64,000 nucleotides of DNA from Candidatus Marinacidobacterales bacterium (lineage in GTDB: Bacteria > Acidobacteriota > Vicinamibacteria > Marinacidobacterales > SMYC01), in contig CBDCYI010000011.1 in the NCBI GenBank assembly GCA_965224085.1, forward strand, positions 32,001-96,000, written 5' to 3'. Both the position numbers and the translations under genes were made by a program. Shown one piece after another: positions 62,446 through 64,000 of this stretch. Position 1 is the stretch's first letter, and every line of letters begins with the position of its first letter. The notes under the pieces were generated by a model. It was not told the DNA's origin, did not search any database, and saw only the letters and a list, made by a program, of their open reading frames with translations.

Positions 62446-63534
62446 TTGCGAGTCCTTCTGTGTGTGGCTGTCCTACTCTCGGCGCCTGTTGCTGACGCGC
62501 AAGAGCACGCGGCACCAAAAGTTCGCCAGATCCCGAGCTATCTCGAAGGCAGAGAACGAAACGCCGCCGAGCTCTACGAGCAGGTCGTACCCACGGTCGT
62601 CACGATCTTTACCAGCCAGCAAGTTTTTACGAAGGCGGGCGAGGAAGCTCAACGCGGCATGGGAAGCGGCGTTTTGATCTCTACAGACGGTCACGTTCTG
62701 ACGGCGGCCCATGTCGTGGACGGCTCGGATGCCATCGTCGTCAAGGTGCACGACGGCTCGATGCTCGAAGTCGAGCTGCTATTCAGCGAGGCGAGCGCGG
62801 ACATCGCCCTGCTTCGACTGAAGGCGCCCGCGCCCGACCTCCCGCACGCCGCGCTCGGCGATTCCGACCTGCTCGCTGTCGGACAGGCCGTCTATGTCAT
62901 TGGTGCACCCTATGGCCTCGAGAACTCTTACTCGCTCGGCAATATCAGCGGGTTTCGCGAGTTCAACCGGCTCTACGACGGCACGATCCTCGCGGAGTTC
63001 ATCCAGACCGACGCGGCCATCAACTCGGGCAATAGCGGCGGACCGATGTTCAACTCGAAGGGCGAAGTGATTGGGATCTCGTCACGCATCCTTACGGAGT
63101 CGGGAGGATTTCAGGGCCTTGGATTCGTCGTCACGATCAACACGGCCAAACAACTCTTGGCCCTCGAAGAACGTGCGTGGACCGGCCTCGATTCCATCTT
63201 TCTCGATCGCGACCGCCTCGCGACCATTCTCAATCTGGATTACGAGGGTGGTTTACTCGTCCAGCGCGTCGCCCGAGGAAGCCCGGCGGACAAAGCCGGG
63301 ATTCGAGGCGGGACCATACCCGCCGAGATCGCGGGGCGCGAGCTTCTGCTCGGCGGCGATCTGATACTCGAGATGGAGGGTCAAGAGGCCTGCCACGCCG
63401 CGTGCCTCGTTCGATCCGCGTCTCGGATCCGCCAACAAGACCGAATCCGCGTCAAGCTTCTGCGCGGCGGCACGGTCATGGAAGTCGTTCTCGACGTTTC
63501 CGACACGCGTCGAAATTTTCTCGATGCGAGCTAG
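62446..63534 (+). CDS. HtrA/DegP-like trypsin serine protease with PDZ domain
   Basis: GSG, TAAHVV, DIALL, IQTDAAIN.GNSGGP, SPADKAG; GAAGGAGG RBS. Confidence 0.93.
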   Translation: MRVLLCVAVLLSAPVADAQEHAAPKVRQIPSYLEGRERNAAELYEQVVPTVVTIFTSQQVFTKAGEEAQRGMGSGVLISTDGHVLTAAHVVDGSDAIVVKVHDGSMLEVELLFSEASADIALLRLKAPAPDLPHAALGDSDLLAVGQAVYVIGAPYGLENSYSLGNISGFREFNRLYDGTILAEFIQTDAAINSGNSGGPMFNSKGEVIGISSRILTESGGFQGLGFVVTINTAKQLLALEERAWTGLDSIFLDRDRLATILNLDYEGGLLVQRVARGSPADKAGIRGGTIPAEIAGRELLLGGDLILEMEGQEACHAACLVRSASRIRQQDRIRVKLLRGGTVMEVVLDVSDTRRNFLDAS

Positions 63535-63573
63535 CGGGGCCCGGGCCTCGATTCGGGTTGAGCTCTACCTCTC

Positions 63574-64000
63574 CTATTCTGGAAGGAGCTCTTCGAGCGC
63601 CAAGCGCGTTTTGGGATGGAGCTCGTTCTCATCGAAGTAGCGGGCCACGATGGCTAGCGCCTCTTTCGCGCTCGAGATATCGAGGTGTCGAAGCAAGTAA
63701 CGAACGTCGTCGAGATCGTGGAACTCTTCGCCGAGTCGCATCGCCGCGCATTTCATGGCGAGGAGATAGTGGGGCTCGGCGACATAGACCCGAAGATGCG
63801 ACCGCTCGAGATAGGGGGCGAACTCTCCGCGAGGGCTGAGAAAGCTTTTGACGGCGTCGTTGAGCCAGGTCCTCGGCACGTTCGCCCGGGCCGCGACCCG
63901 GGCCGCCGACTCGCGAATCAGCTTCGTGGGCTTGAAAAAAGCGTCCACGTCGCGTGTCGCGTCACGCGCCTCCAGAACGAGACACATGACCGCGCCGCCG
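63574..64000 (-). CDS. DUF6036-like nucleotidyltransferase (5' end outside the window)
   Basis: GGAVM..R.AT.DVD, WLND, LLAMK...R..D..D. Confidence 0.7.
   Translation of the reverse strand, partial: GGAVMCLVLEARDATRDVDAFFKPTKLIRESAARVAARANVPRTWLNDAVKSFLSPRGEFAPYLERSHLRVYVAEPHYLLAMKCAAMRLGEEFHDLDDVRYLLRHLDISSAKEALAIVARYFDENELHPKTRLALEELLPE

Overview
GC-rich bacterial window, probably Acidobacteriota (an inference from the ADOP-type duplicated orphan permease and overall gene style). It holds housekeeping genes (ligA, queF, fabI, lpxA, mnmA, metX-metY, lspA, nfeD-floA) mixed with many gene fragments, single-base frameshifts and IS remnants (IS200/IS605 tnpA, IS1-like fragment, IS6). The most striking locus (43.0-49.4 kb) is a TPR protein followed by a 1791-aa protein fusing a BREX BrxC/DUF6079-type ATPase to a PglZ-type phosphodiesterase domain with intact motifs, with no methyltransferase nearby. 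It follows a prokaryotic RING-finger gene and a truncated E1/ThiF gene. Other highlights: an 8 x 26-bp array before lspA encoding a chain of stop/start-coupled 9-aa mini-ORFs; an NRPS tail ending in an LpxL-like acyltransferase domain; a dedicated sortase system with its two-component pair; an extended nfeD-nfeD-floA operon; and a structured RNA candidate upstream of metX. All family calls come from motif recognition by eye, not database searches.
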